Shown: positions 51,263-61,705 of the stretch, piece by piece
How positions within the stretch are numbered: the stretch's first letter is position 1
How the letters are laid out: each line of letters starts with the position of its first letter
NCBI GenBank assembly: GCA_038321985.1
Contig: JBBQFN010000013.1
Span: forward strand, 32,001 to 96,000
Source: Cyanophyceae cyanobacterium
GTDB lineage: Bacteria > Cyanobacteriota > Cyanobacteriia > Cyanobacteriales > Laspinemataceae
Direction: 5' to 3'
Length of the DNA: 64,000 nt
Notes under the pieces: model-generated
Seen by the model: only the letters and a program-made list of their open reading frames with translations
What the model was told of the DNA's origin: nothing
Databases searched by the model: none
Program-made: the position numbers and the translations under genes

Positions 51263-52057
51263 TTATCCCTGGTGAAATTCATAGACTTCCTGAATCACGC
51301 GCACCCAACCTTGGGCTAAGGATTCCCAGATGCGATCGCCCTTTTCCGCCGTGGCTGCTGTCGCATCTCCTACTACCCCACTACTACTAATATTATCGGT
51401 CAACCAGGCAAAGGTTAAGGGTCCTTTTGTTCCTAACAAACTACCTTCAGGACGTTCTGGCGGATATTCCTGCACTGCCCTTTCCATCTTCACCCACTCG
51501 GGCAAAATTGCTAACATTAAGCTGGTTTCTGCATCACCGGCGTGCATAGCCAGCGCGCTCTCTTTTTCCGAGATCAGCGCTTTACTTTCATTGGGAACCC
51601 GCCAAGTCAACAGTGGAAATACCCTTAAATCTGGATATTTTACGGCTAAATCCTGGGCCGCAATTTCCACTACTTGCGGTTGTCCTCCATGAGAATTCAT
51701 CAATACTAATTTCCTAAACCCAGCCCGATAAATGCTCTCTCCAATTTCCATTAATGTCGATAAAAGAGTGTGAGCACTCAGGCTAATCGTCCCCGGAAAA
51801 TTCCCATGCTCGTTAGATTTTCCATAATATAAAGGCGGCAGCGCATAGGCAGGAAAGTCAGGATTCAGTTTTTCCAGGGCTTTTCCTAGAACTGCCATAC
51901 TAATCGCACTATCTACAATCACAGGCAAATGGGGACCATGTTGTTCGATCGCCCCCAAGGGTTGAATTAAAACCACATTCCCTTTATCCGGCATCGCCGC
52001 GATCTCAGTCCAACTGAGATAGGCAAAAAAGCGTTCGGGCGGAATAAAACCGTGCAT
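51263..52057 (-). CDS. Creatininase family amidohydrolase
   Basis: GAIEQHGPHLP, FPGTISL, NSHGG, HAGDAETS, GVVGD. Confidence 0.92.
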   Translation of the reverse strand: MHGFIPPERFFAYLSWTEIAAMPDKGNVVLIQPLGAIEQHGPHLPVIVDSAISMAVLGKALEKLNPDFPAYALPPLYYGKSNEHGNFPGTISLSAHTLLSTLMEIGESIYRAGFRKLVLMNSHGGQPQVVEIAAQDLAVKYPDLRVFPLLTWRVPNESKALISEKESALAMHAGDAETSLMLAILPEWVKMERAVQEYPPERPEGSLLGTKGPLTFAWLTDNISSSGVVGDATAATAEKGDRIWESLAQGWVRVIQEVYEFHQG

Positions 52058-52284
52058 AGAGGACCGGGAAGATTTATAGGGTTGGGCTTTTTACTTTAAC
52101 TCCAATCCCATTCAAGTTGAAGCAACCTCTAGTCTTCTCCCCTAAGCCTGGCAAGGGGAGAGGGCATCTCTAAGTTTTGGTAAATTGTGACCCCCCCCTT
52201 ATTGAATGAGACTTCTCATCAAAAACTTAAACAGGTAGGGATAGGGGAGGAGGAGGTAGAAAATTTATCTTTTATGTTTAGGAT

Positions 52285-53226
52285 TCATCCTTGACTTTGG
52301 ACTATCCTTGCTCCTTGGGGATCCAACCCTCTCAACGATCCCGGATGAGAAGCCGATCGCAAAAAGGAGAGCAATTCTCGATTCACTAGATGGGGGACTT
52401 CCTGCTGGATCCAGTGACCGCAGTGGGGAACTAACTTGAGTTGAAAAGGAGCTTTGATTAATCGATCTAACCCATCGGTTAACTTATTGCTTAAGAAAGA
52501 ATCTTCTTCCCCCCACAAGACTAGGGTCGGTGCTGTGACATAATGGGGCGATCGCCCCCAGTTATGGACCCAATTGAGGGGAGACATCAGTTGTCGGTAA
52601 TAATTAATGGCTGCCGAGAGCACTCCCGGTTTTTCCAGGGCTTCCTGATAAATCTTGGCGAGTTCCGAGGTAAACGCTCCTTTGCGGACTGCTTGATCCT
52701 GAAACACCTTTTTGACAAAATCCTTTAAGTTCTGCTGAATCAGCCACTCCGGGACTCCGGGAACTTGAAATGCCAGGACATACCAACTCCGGCGTAGTTG
52801 ATCCAGATTGCTTCCCATCTCCTGTACCCACTGCTGAGGGTGGGGCGCGTTCAAAATTGCCAATCGATCGAGGCAATTTGGAAAACGTTCGGCGAGATGC
52901 CAGGCGATCGCCCCCCCCCAATCATGGCCGACGATATGGGCCTTTACATACCCTAAACTCTCAATTAAACCTTTGATATCTGCACTTAAAGTATCCAGAT
53001 CGTAGCCGCTCTCAGGCTTATCTGAATCGTTATAGCCGCGCAGATCAGGTACGACTACTTTAAAATAGCGAGAAAGCGCCGGGATTTGATAGCGCCATGA
53101 ATACCAAAACTCTGGAAATCCGTGCAGTAGGAGAACAAGTTCCCCTTCTCCTTGGGAGACGCAGTGCAAGCGGATCCGGTTAGTTTCAATATAATGATGT
53201 TCCCAATTGGCTTCTAGGGCTGTCAT
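52285..53226 (-). CDS. Epoxide hydrolase-like alpha/beta hydrolase
   Basis: HGFPEFWYSW, GHDWGG, WGEED, CGHWIQQE. Start reassigned to ATG 53226. Confidence 0.9.
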   Translation of the reverse strand: MTALEANWEHHYIETNRIRLHCVSQGEGELVLLLHGFPEFWYSWRYQIPALSRYFKVVVPDLRGYNDSDKPESGYDLDTLSADIKGLIESLGYVKAHIVGHDWGGAIAWHLAERFPNCLDRLAILNAPHPQQWVQEMGSNLDQLRRSWYVLAFQVPGVPEWLIQQNLKDFVKKVFQDQAVRKGAFTSELAKIYQEALEKPGVLSAAINYYRQLMSPLNWVHNWGRSPHYVTAPTLVLWGEEDSFLSNKLTDGLDRLIKAPFQLKLVPHCGHWIQQEVPHLVNRELLSFLRSASHPGSLRGLDPQGARIVQSQG

Positions 53227-53264
53227 ATTTTTTTTGCAAGCGGGCTGTGTGGCCTGTGGCTTCT

Positions 53265-53286
53265 TCTCTATCTTTAGAGATAGAGA
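53265..53286. promoter_or_regulatory. Palindromic putative operator TCTCTATCT-N4-AGATAGAGA
   Basis: Perfect 9-4-9 inverted repeat 39 nt upstream of the hydrolase ATG. Confidence 0.5.
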
Positions 53287-53515
53287 CAGGAGTGGATCGA
53301 GAAACACCAATGCAAGCCAGATGAACCCAGAAGCGCTCGTCACGGCGGCGTTTGTAGTTCCCGTATTTCAGCCTAACATTTTCAGCCCCGAAAAGACTAG
53401 CCCGGTCTCTCATCTTAGCCGGCTCTCTCTCATCTATCCAAACCCGATGTTCTCCTGATCGACCCCCAGGAGATTTAGATATCGGGTTCCCTTCAATGAT
53501 GAGCACAGACCCCTT

Positions 53516-53878
53516 TTAAACGAGCTGCTCATTCACGTCTTCCACCGCCAGCTCAGGCTGGTCTGGAATGGCTTTCATCTGATATTTAACCAGGTTTGAT
53601 AGTTCCTGGAGCTGGGCGATCGCTTCTGCGCCCTCTAATTTCATTAATTCGCGATCGTCGCGCATTTCCGTCCAGGTAATCCCGTAGTCCGACACCAAAA
53701 ACCGAATCAAGTGATCTTCTCCTAGGCTCACCATGAAAGAGGCACTATTCATCTGCCCCCCACAGGTATAGCAAGACGCCAGATAACCTCGACGCTCTAG
53801 CACGATCGCTAGGGCTTGCAGGTTCATGACGAGATCCTTGACAAATTGACGGTGCTGTTCGGCGAGTCTGATAAACAC
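53516..53878 (-). CDS. DUF1815 family protein
   Basis: MFIRLAEQHRQFVKDLVMNLQALA...ASCYTCG...IRFLVSDYGITWTE; AGGAGG SD, GTG start. Confidence 0.85.
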   Translation of the reverse strand: MFIRLAEQHRQFVKDLVMNLQALAIVLERRGYLASCYTCGGQMNSASFMVSLGEDHLIRFLVSDYGITWTEMRDDRELMKLEGAEAIAQLQELSNLVKYQMKAIPDQPELAVEDVNEQLV

Positions 53879-54362
53879 TTATTTCCTCCTATCCTCACAC
53901 CACATTTTAGAACTTTATTAATCTTTTTTTTAGATTTTTGCTCCTCCTTGGGCCTATATAATATTTAAGGCTTCAATTGTTTAGTTGTAAACGTCCATCG
54001 GAACGGATGCCACCAACTTAACGCAATTCCTTATGTAGACAAGGTATCCGTTACAACACTTGATAGTTGGATGGGTCATAGATTCAAGGGAGTTTAGGGG
54101 TTTTCCGGAGTGCTTTGAACTCCATAGCTTCACCCTCAACTCCCCTAAAGCCTATGGGGGATGGCTTTTTAAGGCGATCGCCAATAAGAATAGGAAATTC
54201 TTATCGGAGTGATTAGAAAGTTGTTTGAAAGATTCTCAATCCTCAACCTGAGAAAGCAGGGTAAGGACCCTGTTCGCCTGGGTATTCAATTGGCAGCATG
54301 GGAGAGTGCTCCCGGGTGACATTCAGAGTTACATCACCCGTGAATGAGTTTGAAAAGGCCAT

Positions 54363-54575
54363 TTAGTTGACTTCCCACCACCCAATCGCAGGGCCAATAA
54401 AGCGAACAGTTAGCCAAGCCACAATTAACAAACCAATGCCTAACCAACTTCCTTGGACGGTCCACTTTACAAACTGTTCTGACTGACTTTTAGTAATCGG
54501 CAACCAAGGCAAGATTCTTGGCTCCTGACCGTATTTATCTCCGAGAGTTGACTTGCGCCGTTTTGCTTCACCCAT
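54363..54575 (-). CDS. DUF2839 family membrane protein
   Basis: MGEAKRRK...WLPITK...VRFIGPAIGWW. Confidence 0.88.
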   Translation of the reverse strand: MGEAKRRKSTLGDKYGQEPRILPWLPITKSQSEQFVKWTVQGSWLGIGLLIVAWLTVRFIGPAIGWWEVN

Positions 54576-55292
54576 AGTAAATAGAGTAGAACTGGTAAAA
54601 TTTCAAATGGGTCTAAAGGGATACCGGAGGAAATCTCCCTCCCGAATGCAAAGCATCTAGGGTAGGCTTCCCCTCGCATTCCCTGTTTCTACACAAACGG
54701 ATAGGCCCGTTGCGACGAGTATTCGTGCCGAGTACGATGAGGGTCGGACAGCAACCCTATGAATATTAGCTTGATTTGATAGGTTGTTGCTCAGTTTTGT
54801 TGCCAAACTTTACCCAGGGTTCAGTTTCCGTTGACCGGGAGAGGGTTTCCCCAGAGGTCCTCGCCGATTCCCCGGATTGCCGCGATCGCCTGGCTGCTGC
54901 CCCCGCCCGTCCGGGAAACCGAAGGCACAGACGCCAATGCGGTTGCTCGGATCAAAAAAGCAGTTGAGGATGATCCCCTTCCTTGGTAGCATCAAATCTA
55001 GGGCATCGGATTCGCTCTGTAGAGGGATATCAATAAATTCAATAAATTCAATCGCCGAACTTACGCATCAACCCGATATCGGGTACGGGCAGTACCAGAA
55101 TTGCCCCTACATTTAGAGGTCAATCTCCTTGATTTGCGTAAGTCTTAACTGGATTTAAGGAGGGGATTGACCGGAGTAAAGAGAGTCCAACAGTATCCAG
55201 TGGCTTGGGGAGTAAAACCGTTACCCAATCTTTGGTTTCAGTCCTGATCGTTCCAGACTTGAGTCGCGATTTTCACCGGGTGTTCAGCGTAA

Positions 55293-57002
55293 ATGGATCA
55301 GCTTGAATGTTTACCCTATAGTGTCGGTCATGGGGATGAAGGAGTATCCTTACAGGTGCGGATGGGACCGTATCGCATCCTCTTGGACTGTGGGATGGGA
55401 GATATATCTGCGCTGCAAGCTGGTTTAGAGACCCCGGGCGATCGCCCCGGCTCCCTACCCGCAGATTTAGTGCTGGTCTCTCATGCTCATGCTGATCATG
55501 CCCGGGGCTTGTTGGCTCTACATCAGACGTTCCCGCAGTTACCGATCTATGCGAGTGAAGTCACCACCGAACTGCTCCCCCTGAACTGGCCTGGGGAAGA
55601 ACGCGATCGCTTGAGATTTTGCCAAGCCTTACCGTGGCGCACCCCGGTAGAATTTCTGGATGGATTAACCGCCGAATTATTTCCCGCAGGACATCTCCCC
55701 GGAGCTGCCGCTATTTTCCTGAGCTATACCCCCACCCCATCGGGGCGTGAAGGGAAGCTATCCCGGAAGGAATCCCTACAACCATCCCGGCCCTACACCC
55801 TGCTTTATACCGGGGATTTTTTCCTCTCCAATTCCCGTTTAGTCGAAGGATTGCCCTTAGACGAACTGCGCGGATTAGATCCAGACGTGTTGATTGTCGA
55901 GGGGAGTTATGGCACATCGAGGTTTCCCCATCGGCGATCGCAGGAAAACCAACTCGCCGAACGGATCCAACGGGCGATCGGTCAGGGTCAATCCGTGCTC
56001 ATTCCCACCCCTACTCTCGGCTTAGGGCAAGAAATTTTAATGCTGCTGCGGAGTCATCACCACTTCACAGGTCGAGACCTGGATATTTGGGTTGAGGGGA
56101 CCGTTGCCGACGCTTGCGATATTTATTTAGAACTCTTACCCCAACTCCCTGCCTCCGTCCAAAACTTTGCCCGTCATCAACCCCTGTTTTGGGATGAACG
56201 GATCCGTCCCCGTGTGCGCCGCTTATCCCCCGAACACCGTTCGGAATTTGCGAGCGGCCCTTGTGTCCTCCTCAGTGACTTAAGCGCCAACCCCAAAGAT
56301 TTTGATTTAAGCGATCGTCAACCTTGGTTGATTTTGCTTCCCGAATATCCGGGACAACCTCAACGTTACGCCTCTGACTCCTTATTTGCCCATCTCCCCA
56401 CCTCTAGCTTTACCCTCGAAACCTATTTATTAGCCCAGCATTGTGATGGCAATAGCACCACCCAATTAATTCATAACTTGCATCCCCAGCACGTTGTCTT
56501 CATCCACGGTTCCCCCACCTATCTGGCCGATTTGACGAACTTGGATGAACTCCGCAACCGCTACCACTTACACACCCCAGCAGCCGGAAATCTGGTAGAA
56601 CTTCCCATCGGGGAGACCATTTTGCAACCCGTGACCCCTGCCGAAATTTATCCGGGAGAACTCACAGAACATCCAGGCAGCGTTACCCTTTCCCTTCCCC
56701 AAACCCTGGCATCCGATCCCCGGTGGCAACACTTTTCCGATACAGGGTTAGTCGAAGCCCGCTGGCAGGGTGAGGAATTAGTAGTACGCGGGGTCTCTCA
56801 GCGAGAATTGCTGTCTCAAGGGAGTGCAGCCCGAGTTAATGCCAATATAGAATGTTGCGGAAATTGTCGGTATTATCGAGGGCAGCGTTGTTGGAATCAG
56901 ATATCTCCTTTATTCGGCTTTAAGGTTACCCCGGATGGCTATTGTCCTGCTTTTGAAGCTCTGATTTCGCCCCCCGTATCTTCCCCAGATTCGGAGTCAT
57001 AA
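55293..57002 (+). CDS. Metallo-beta-lactamase / beta-CASP family hydrolase with C-terminal Cys cluster
   Basis: LLDCG, SHAHADH, AGHLPGAA, YTGDF, EGSYG, HG motif. Confidence 0.9.
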   Translation: MDQLECLPYSVGHGDEGVSLQVRMGPYRILLDCGMGDISALQAGLETPGDRPGSLPADLVLVSHAHADHARGLLALHQTFPQLPIYASEVTTELLPLNWPGEERDRLRFCQALPWRTPVEFLDGLTAELFPAGHLPGAAAIFLSYTPTPSGREGKLSRKESLQPSRPYTLLYTGDFFLSNSRLVEGLPLDELRGLDPDVLIVEGSYGTSRFPHRRSQENQLAERIQRAIGQGQSVLIPTPTLGLGQEILMLLRSHHHFTGRDLDIWVEGTVADACDIYLELLPQLPASVQNFARHQPLFWDERIRPRVRRLSPEHRSEFASGPCVLLSDLSANPKDFDLSDRQPWLILLPEYPGQPQRYASDSLFAHLPTSSFTLETYLLAQHCDGNSTTQLIHNLHPQHVVFIHGSPTYLADLTNLDELRNRYHLHTPAAGNLVELPIGETILQPVTPAEIYPGELTEHPGSVTLSLPQTLASDPRWQHFSDTGLVEARWQGEELVVRGVSQRELLSQGSAARVNANIECCGNCRYYRGQRCWNQISPLFGFKVTPDGYCPAFEALISPPVSSPDSES

Positions 57003-57046
57003 ATTTTGATAATTTAGTCTGGATTTACCCATAGCCAAGAGTAAGA

Positions 57047-57071
57047 AACGACTAAAGTCGTGGCAACGAAC
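57047..57071. repeat. Degenerate copy of an AACGACTRAAGTCGTT-type cyanobacterial short dispersed repeat
   Basis: AACGACTAAAGTCGTGGCAACGAAC with an internal palindrome; single copy in this window. Confidence 0.4.
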
Positions 57072-57203
57072 GGGAGAAAACAAGTCCATAGCCCTTTTAC
57101 ACTCCATCCTGTTTTATAAAAGTCTGAATCTACAGGTTAAGGGGCTGTGGCAGGCTTTAAACACGAACAATGCACCGGAGTCCGTGTCAGTTTTGGCGAA
57201 AAA

Positions 57204-57246
57204 AATAATAGCCTTTAGTACCACAGTGGCACTAAAGGCTATTATT
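57204..57246. terminator. 43-bp near-perfect palindrome between convergent genes
   Basis: AATAATAGCCTTTAGTACCAC-A-GTGGCACTAAAGGCTATTATT (one mismatch). Confidence 0.6.
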
Positions 57247-57459
57247 AGTAATCCATTTTTCCGGTTTTTCCATCAGTTGCCAACTAGAACAGCGGTCCAA
57301 AAGCCGGTGGGAGGGGATAAAAAACAGGATTTCTTACCCGGTGAGGGGTATTATATCAATTATTTTTGTACAGAAACCCCGTTTATTCTAGACCTGAACC
57401 GATGCTCTAGACTTCTGAGCTGGAAACGGTAGGGTTTAAGACAAACCTAACTGTTGAGA

Positions 57460-57771
57460 TTATTCTTGATTCAAGTCGGGAGCACGTTTAGGAAGTTGTT
57501 CGGCTTCGGGACAGTCGTCTGATACCAAAGGCTCCACATTACCTCGGGAAACGCAGGCAATTTTTTGGCTAACGGCACCGATGCTTTCGAGACGGAACAT
57601 CTCTTCCCAAGAAGAGAGTTCATCTTCTTCATCGGTTTCATAGCGGATGGTGACTAACTCTCCTTCGATGTCAAGAATGCGAACACCGTCAATCCAACGT
57701 TGCTGATCCCGCAAGAAAATACTGACTTCACGACCATCGCAACAGAATTGATAAATCTTGCGGTGTAGCAT
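57460..57771 (-). CDS. Conserved cyanobacterial protein (DUF6679-like)
   Basis: MLHRKIYQFCCDGREVSIFLRDQQRW...SWEEMFRLESIGAV. AGGAG SD supports ATG 57771. Confidence 0.75.
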   Translation of the reverse strand: MLHRKIYQFCCDGREVSIFLRDQQRWIDGVRILDIEGELVTIRYETDEEDELSSWEEMFRLESIGAVSQKIACVSRGNVEPLVSDDCPEAEQLPKRAPDLNQE

Positions 57772-58544
57772 AGGTGGCTTCTCCTGAGCAAATAATTTTT
57801 CAATTGCTAAATCGTATTTCTCACCAAAGCGAGAATTCCCGGGCGATCGCACCAATTCCCCAAGAGTGAGGGTGGGACCGGGCTGGGGTGCCGATTGATT
57901 CCATGATGCATGGCTTGAGTTGAACTGTTCCACCTCGGGGATGATGGCTGCCGATTTAATTTGACAGTGTAGCTTGAAAACCCGTCAATATTGCTCGCAA
58001 TGTACCAATTCAAATAAGATGTCGCCCTCGCCGAGGGGGGATATCGTAGCGAGAAATTGACAAGAATAGGGGTCTGAACAGGGGGCGAACAATAGTTAGG
58101 TGGGTTGGGGTTTTAACTAAGGATCGAAGGATAGTAAGACGGTGTTTAAAGAATAGTATGGTTACCGTCTCCCCCCATCCTGTTGCGATCGCCCCAGTTA
58201 GGCTCTCGGTCGAGTGGGTTAGGGTTGGCCTCCCGGGTGGCTCCTGATGAGTCAGTTCCAGAGACTGACTGAGGTAACTCGTCCCTAACTCGTTGCCGGG
58301 ATGCCTCCATCCATTGGCCTAATACAAGTAGCTTCTTTTTACTATTGTACCGATTTTCGGTCACGCTGAGAGAACTCCCCGGAATTGGAACCTCGAATTT
58401 CACCGCCCCCCTGGCATCACCCAAGTTGAACTTCAGGGTCTCGGCGCAATCCGCCCTGACTAGACGAATCCCTAATCTTTGGGGATATCACCCACTCTGT
58501 AGAGGGGCGGTACCTGAATTGCTCCTACTCTAGTCGTCCCTGAG

Positions 58545-59411
58545 TTATGGCGAATGGTGCAGGCTGTCGGGGGTTCCCACAAAGAACGGACGATTTTGTT
58601 GGGTTCGTTCGAGGGCCACCGTCAAGGTCTCCCAGTTTTCTGCCTCGACTGCCCCGATCAACTGGTTAAGTTGGTCGCGGTAGGCATAGAGCGATCGCAA
58701 GACTTCCTCTCGGTTGTACTGCGCCATCATCACCCCTAACTCCGGATTGCCCCCACCGACTCGGCTGGTATCCCGAAACCCACTACTAGCAACCTGTTGG
58801 GCTAATTTTAGCCGATTAGCGGTGGGTTCGCTCATACAGGCGGATATCAAACTCGCTGAAACCAGCACGGGCAAATGAGAAATCCAAGCAACCGCACAGT
58901 CATGGTCCTCGGGACTACATTGGTAGACGTGGGACCCCAGAGACCGAGCCAACTCAGTGACGGTTTTCACTGCCGTAGGGGGAGTGTTCTGGGTGGGTGT
59001 AATCACATAGGAGCATCCCGCAAATAAATCGCGTACTGCCGCATCAAGACCGTTTTCTGCGGTCCCTGCCATCGGGTGCGCCGGGACGAAGTTCGGCCAC
59101 AAGGGAGCAACCGCTTCTACCACAGGCAATTTCACGGAACCCACATCCGTTATGATAGCGGTAGGTTTGAGATGGGGGACAAGTCGTTTGACTGTCGATG
59201 CGATCGCCGCGATCGGCGTGCATATAAATACCACTTCGGCGTTTGCCATCAGGGTCATCTCTACATCTGCTTCATCCACGATTTGGCGAGTTACAGCTTC
59301 CTGACAAGTCTGTTGGCGACGGGACACCCCTAAAATGTGGTGACCGCGCGATCGCAAATCCCAAGCCAAGGAACCCCCAATTAAACCTAGACCCACAATT
59401 CCAACGTTCAT
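58545..59411 (-). CDS. tyrA: Prephenate/arogenate dehydrogenase
   Basis: GLGLIGGS, TDVGSVK, HPMAG, HD...SHLP, SGFRDTSRVG. Confidence 0.93.
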   Translation of the reverse strand: MNVGIVGLGLIGGSLAWDLRSRGHHILGVSRRQQTCQEAVTRQIVDEADVEMTLMANAEVVFICTPIAAIASTVKRLVPHLKPTAIITDVGSVKLPVVEAVAPLWPNFVPAHPMAGTAENGLDAAVRDLFAGCSYVITPTQNTPPTAVKTVTELARSLGSHVYQCSPEDHDCAVAWISHLPVLVSASLISACMSEPTANRLKLAQQVASSGFRDTSRVGGGNPELGVMMAQYNREEVLRSLYAYRDQLNQLIGAVEAENWETLTVALERTQQNRPFFVGTPDSLHHSP

Positions 59412-60051
59412 CGGCTCGATCTCTTAATACTTAATCCCGATTTATTATGAACCCTGTCTGCTCCTTCAGAATTCCACCCCCACGCTCCAAACCAGACTGG
59501 ACCCAAAAAGCTCACCTTCGAGACCCCGGCAACCCCTGAAATTAACCCCTGTTGGCGTCGGCACTTGCCTTGTCCCTCACGGGGAATTATCAAGGAATTG
59601 CTGCGTCCAATTATGATTCCCCACGAATGAGTTAGGGTACAGTTCCCGATTCTATCGCTGGCAATTCCCGGTGGCTTTGGAACTGACGCCTGGGGAATCT
59701 TTCCTTTGTTTAAGGGTTGAAGGAGCAGATAGCCGGTGGCCGTTCAAAGGGTTGATCCCTCGGGCAGGAATTGGGAAGATTTGACGTCATCCAATGTTAA
59801 AGTTAGTCGAACTCCTGCTGTAGTGATGGGAGTTATCCCGAGCTATGTTCAGTGATTTTGTTGGCGATGGCGATCGCTCTTGAGTTGTAATTGCATGAAA
59901 CAATGCCCTCAAGGTTTTCAACCCAGGGAGCTATTCCCCCGTAGTAAGCCTTACCACAAGCGGAGACTTTTCTCTGGCGATCGCTCTTCCGCTAGGATGG
60001 TAATGCAATCCTGCTATCACCATAAAGTCCCGCTGTTCTCAGGGTGCCCCG

Positions 60052-61590
60052 ATGGAAGCTGAAGAACTCATTAAAAAATATCTAGCTGGTGCCCGTGACT
60101 TTCCAGGGATTATGCTGACTGAAGTCAATCTCAGTCAAGCTAATCTCAGCGAGGTGAACCTCAGTGGGTCCAACTTGAGTATTGCCAATCTTAGCGGTGC
60201 TGACCTCAGTGGAGCCAACCTCAGCCATGCCAAGCTCAATGTTGCTAAACTCAACAGCGCTCACCTGAGTGGGGCAAATCTCAATGGAGCGGACCTCAAT
60301 GTTGCCAACTTGGTGCGCGCGGATTTGCGCGGAACGCTGTTAATTCAAGCCTCGTTGATCCGCGCGGAACTGATGCGTGCCGAACTCAGCGGTGCCAACC
60401 TCACCCAAGCGGACCTCAATGGTGCCAACCTTCGAGAAGCTAAACTCCGACAAGCGTATTTAGTCAGCGCAAATGTCAGTGAAGCCGACATGAGGGGAGC
60501 CTCTTTAATGGGGGCGAATATGGAACAGGCCAATTTAAGAGAAACAAATCTCAGTGGTGCTGATCTCAGTGGCGCAAATTTAAGAAATTGCGAATTGCGC
60601 CAAGCTGATCTGTCTCATACCAAACTCATGGGAGTAGACCTTTCAGGTGCTAATTTGCGATGGGCGGATTTAAGTGAGGCCAACTTACGAGGAGCTGACC
60701 TCAGCGGGGCTAAATTAAGCGGCGCTAACCTCCGAGGTGCAGACTTGAGTCATGCCAATTTACTAGATGCGAGTTTGGTGTACGCGGATTTGACCTACGC
60801 CAATATGATCCAAGTAGATTGGACGGGAGCCGATATTTCCGGTGCGACGTTAACCGGAGCCAAACTGCATGGGGTGTCTCGGTTTGGTTTGAAAACCGAA
60901 GGAATTATCTGCGAGTGGCTGGATCTGAGTCCCAATGGCGATCGCACTCAAGTCTATCGATTTACCCCAGAAACCTCGGAAACCTTTTTTCATCAAACTC
61001 TCCCCACTGTAGAGCTTTTGATTGATGCCGCCCTCGACCAAGATGCTCATTTAGCCTTAGCTCTGGCCTACCATCAAATCGCCCATCGTTATCCCGATTT
61101 AATCGAACCCCCCAATATTGAAGTAAGTTCCAGGCGGACGAAACTCAGCTTTAAAATTGGCAGTGACTTGTTATTGTTTTCCACTGCTTATGTGGCGATT
61201 CTCCCCTTTAAAGATGCTGGGGTAACTCAAGAGAATCTGGAACATTTAGTTGATATGATTGAATCGGAAGAAATTTCTAGTTTGCTCAATAATGCCCAAG
61301 AAAAGGTCAAAGAAATTAAAAATTCTCAAACCTTTTCTCGAATTGTGCAACGGGGTAAGTTTTTTCAATCTCCCACTCAAACTGTTTTGACCAATTCGGG
61401 CGATCGCACTTTAGATGTCCATCATAATCCCCTGTTTGGAAAACGGCTAGTTAATATCGCCCTGGGGAATAACGGAGTGCCTGCTGGACCCGCTATTTCT
61501 ACTCCAAATTTTTCTCTCCCTCCGGTCAATTTATTGGTTAATTTTATTAAAGGCTTGCACTTTTCCTCGAACGCCATATCCCAGAAATAG
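60052..61590 (+). CDS. Pentapeptide repeat protein with non-repeat C-terminal domain
   Basis: About 270 aa of A(D/N)LXX repeats followed by a globular tail. Confidence 0.93.
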   Translation: MEAEELIKKYLAGARDFPGIMLTEVNLSQANLSEVNLSGSNLSIANLSGADLSGANLSHAKLNVAKLNSAHLSGANLNGADLNVANLVRADLRGTLLIQASLIRAELMRAELSGANLTQADLNGANLREAKLRQAYLVSANVSEADMRGASLMGANMEQANLRETNLSGADLSGANLRNCELRQADLSHTKLMGVDLSGANLRWADLSEANLRGADLSGAKLSGANLRGADLSHANLLDASLVYADLTYANMIQVDWTGADISGATLTGAKLHGVSRFGLKTEGIICEWLDLSPNGDRTQVYRFTPETSETFFHQTLPTVELLIDAALDQDAHLALALAYHQIAHRYPDLIEPPNIEVSSRRTKLSFKIGSDLLLFSTAYVAILPFKDAGVTQENLEHLVDMIESEEISSLLNNAQEKVKEIKNSQTFSRIVQRGKFFQSPTQTVLTNSGDRTLDVHHNPLFGKRLVNIALGNNGVPAGPAISTPNFSLPPVNLLVNFIKGLHFSSNAISQK

Positions 61591-61705
61591 AAACTCTTTT
61601 AAGAAGTCTTTTTCCCTTCTTTCTCCTCCAATTTTTTGGCCTCACGGCTCCTCCGACCCCGTACCTAGCTAACCCATCCGCAATTTCTTCACAGGAATAC
61701 CACAT

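Noticed and set aside
52206..52219. ATGAGA-CT-TCTCAT palindrome upstream of the creatininase gene as a fourth Zur box
   Set aside because: Spacing does not fit the 7-1-7 Zur architecture seen in the other three sites.
53186..53506. Short ORFs and N-terminal extension upstream of the epoxide hydrolase
   Set aside because: No motifs; the region looks like promoter/leader and contains a palindromic site.
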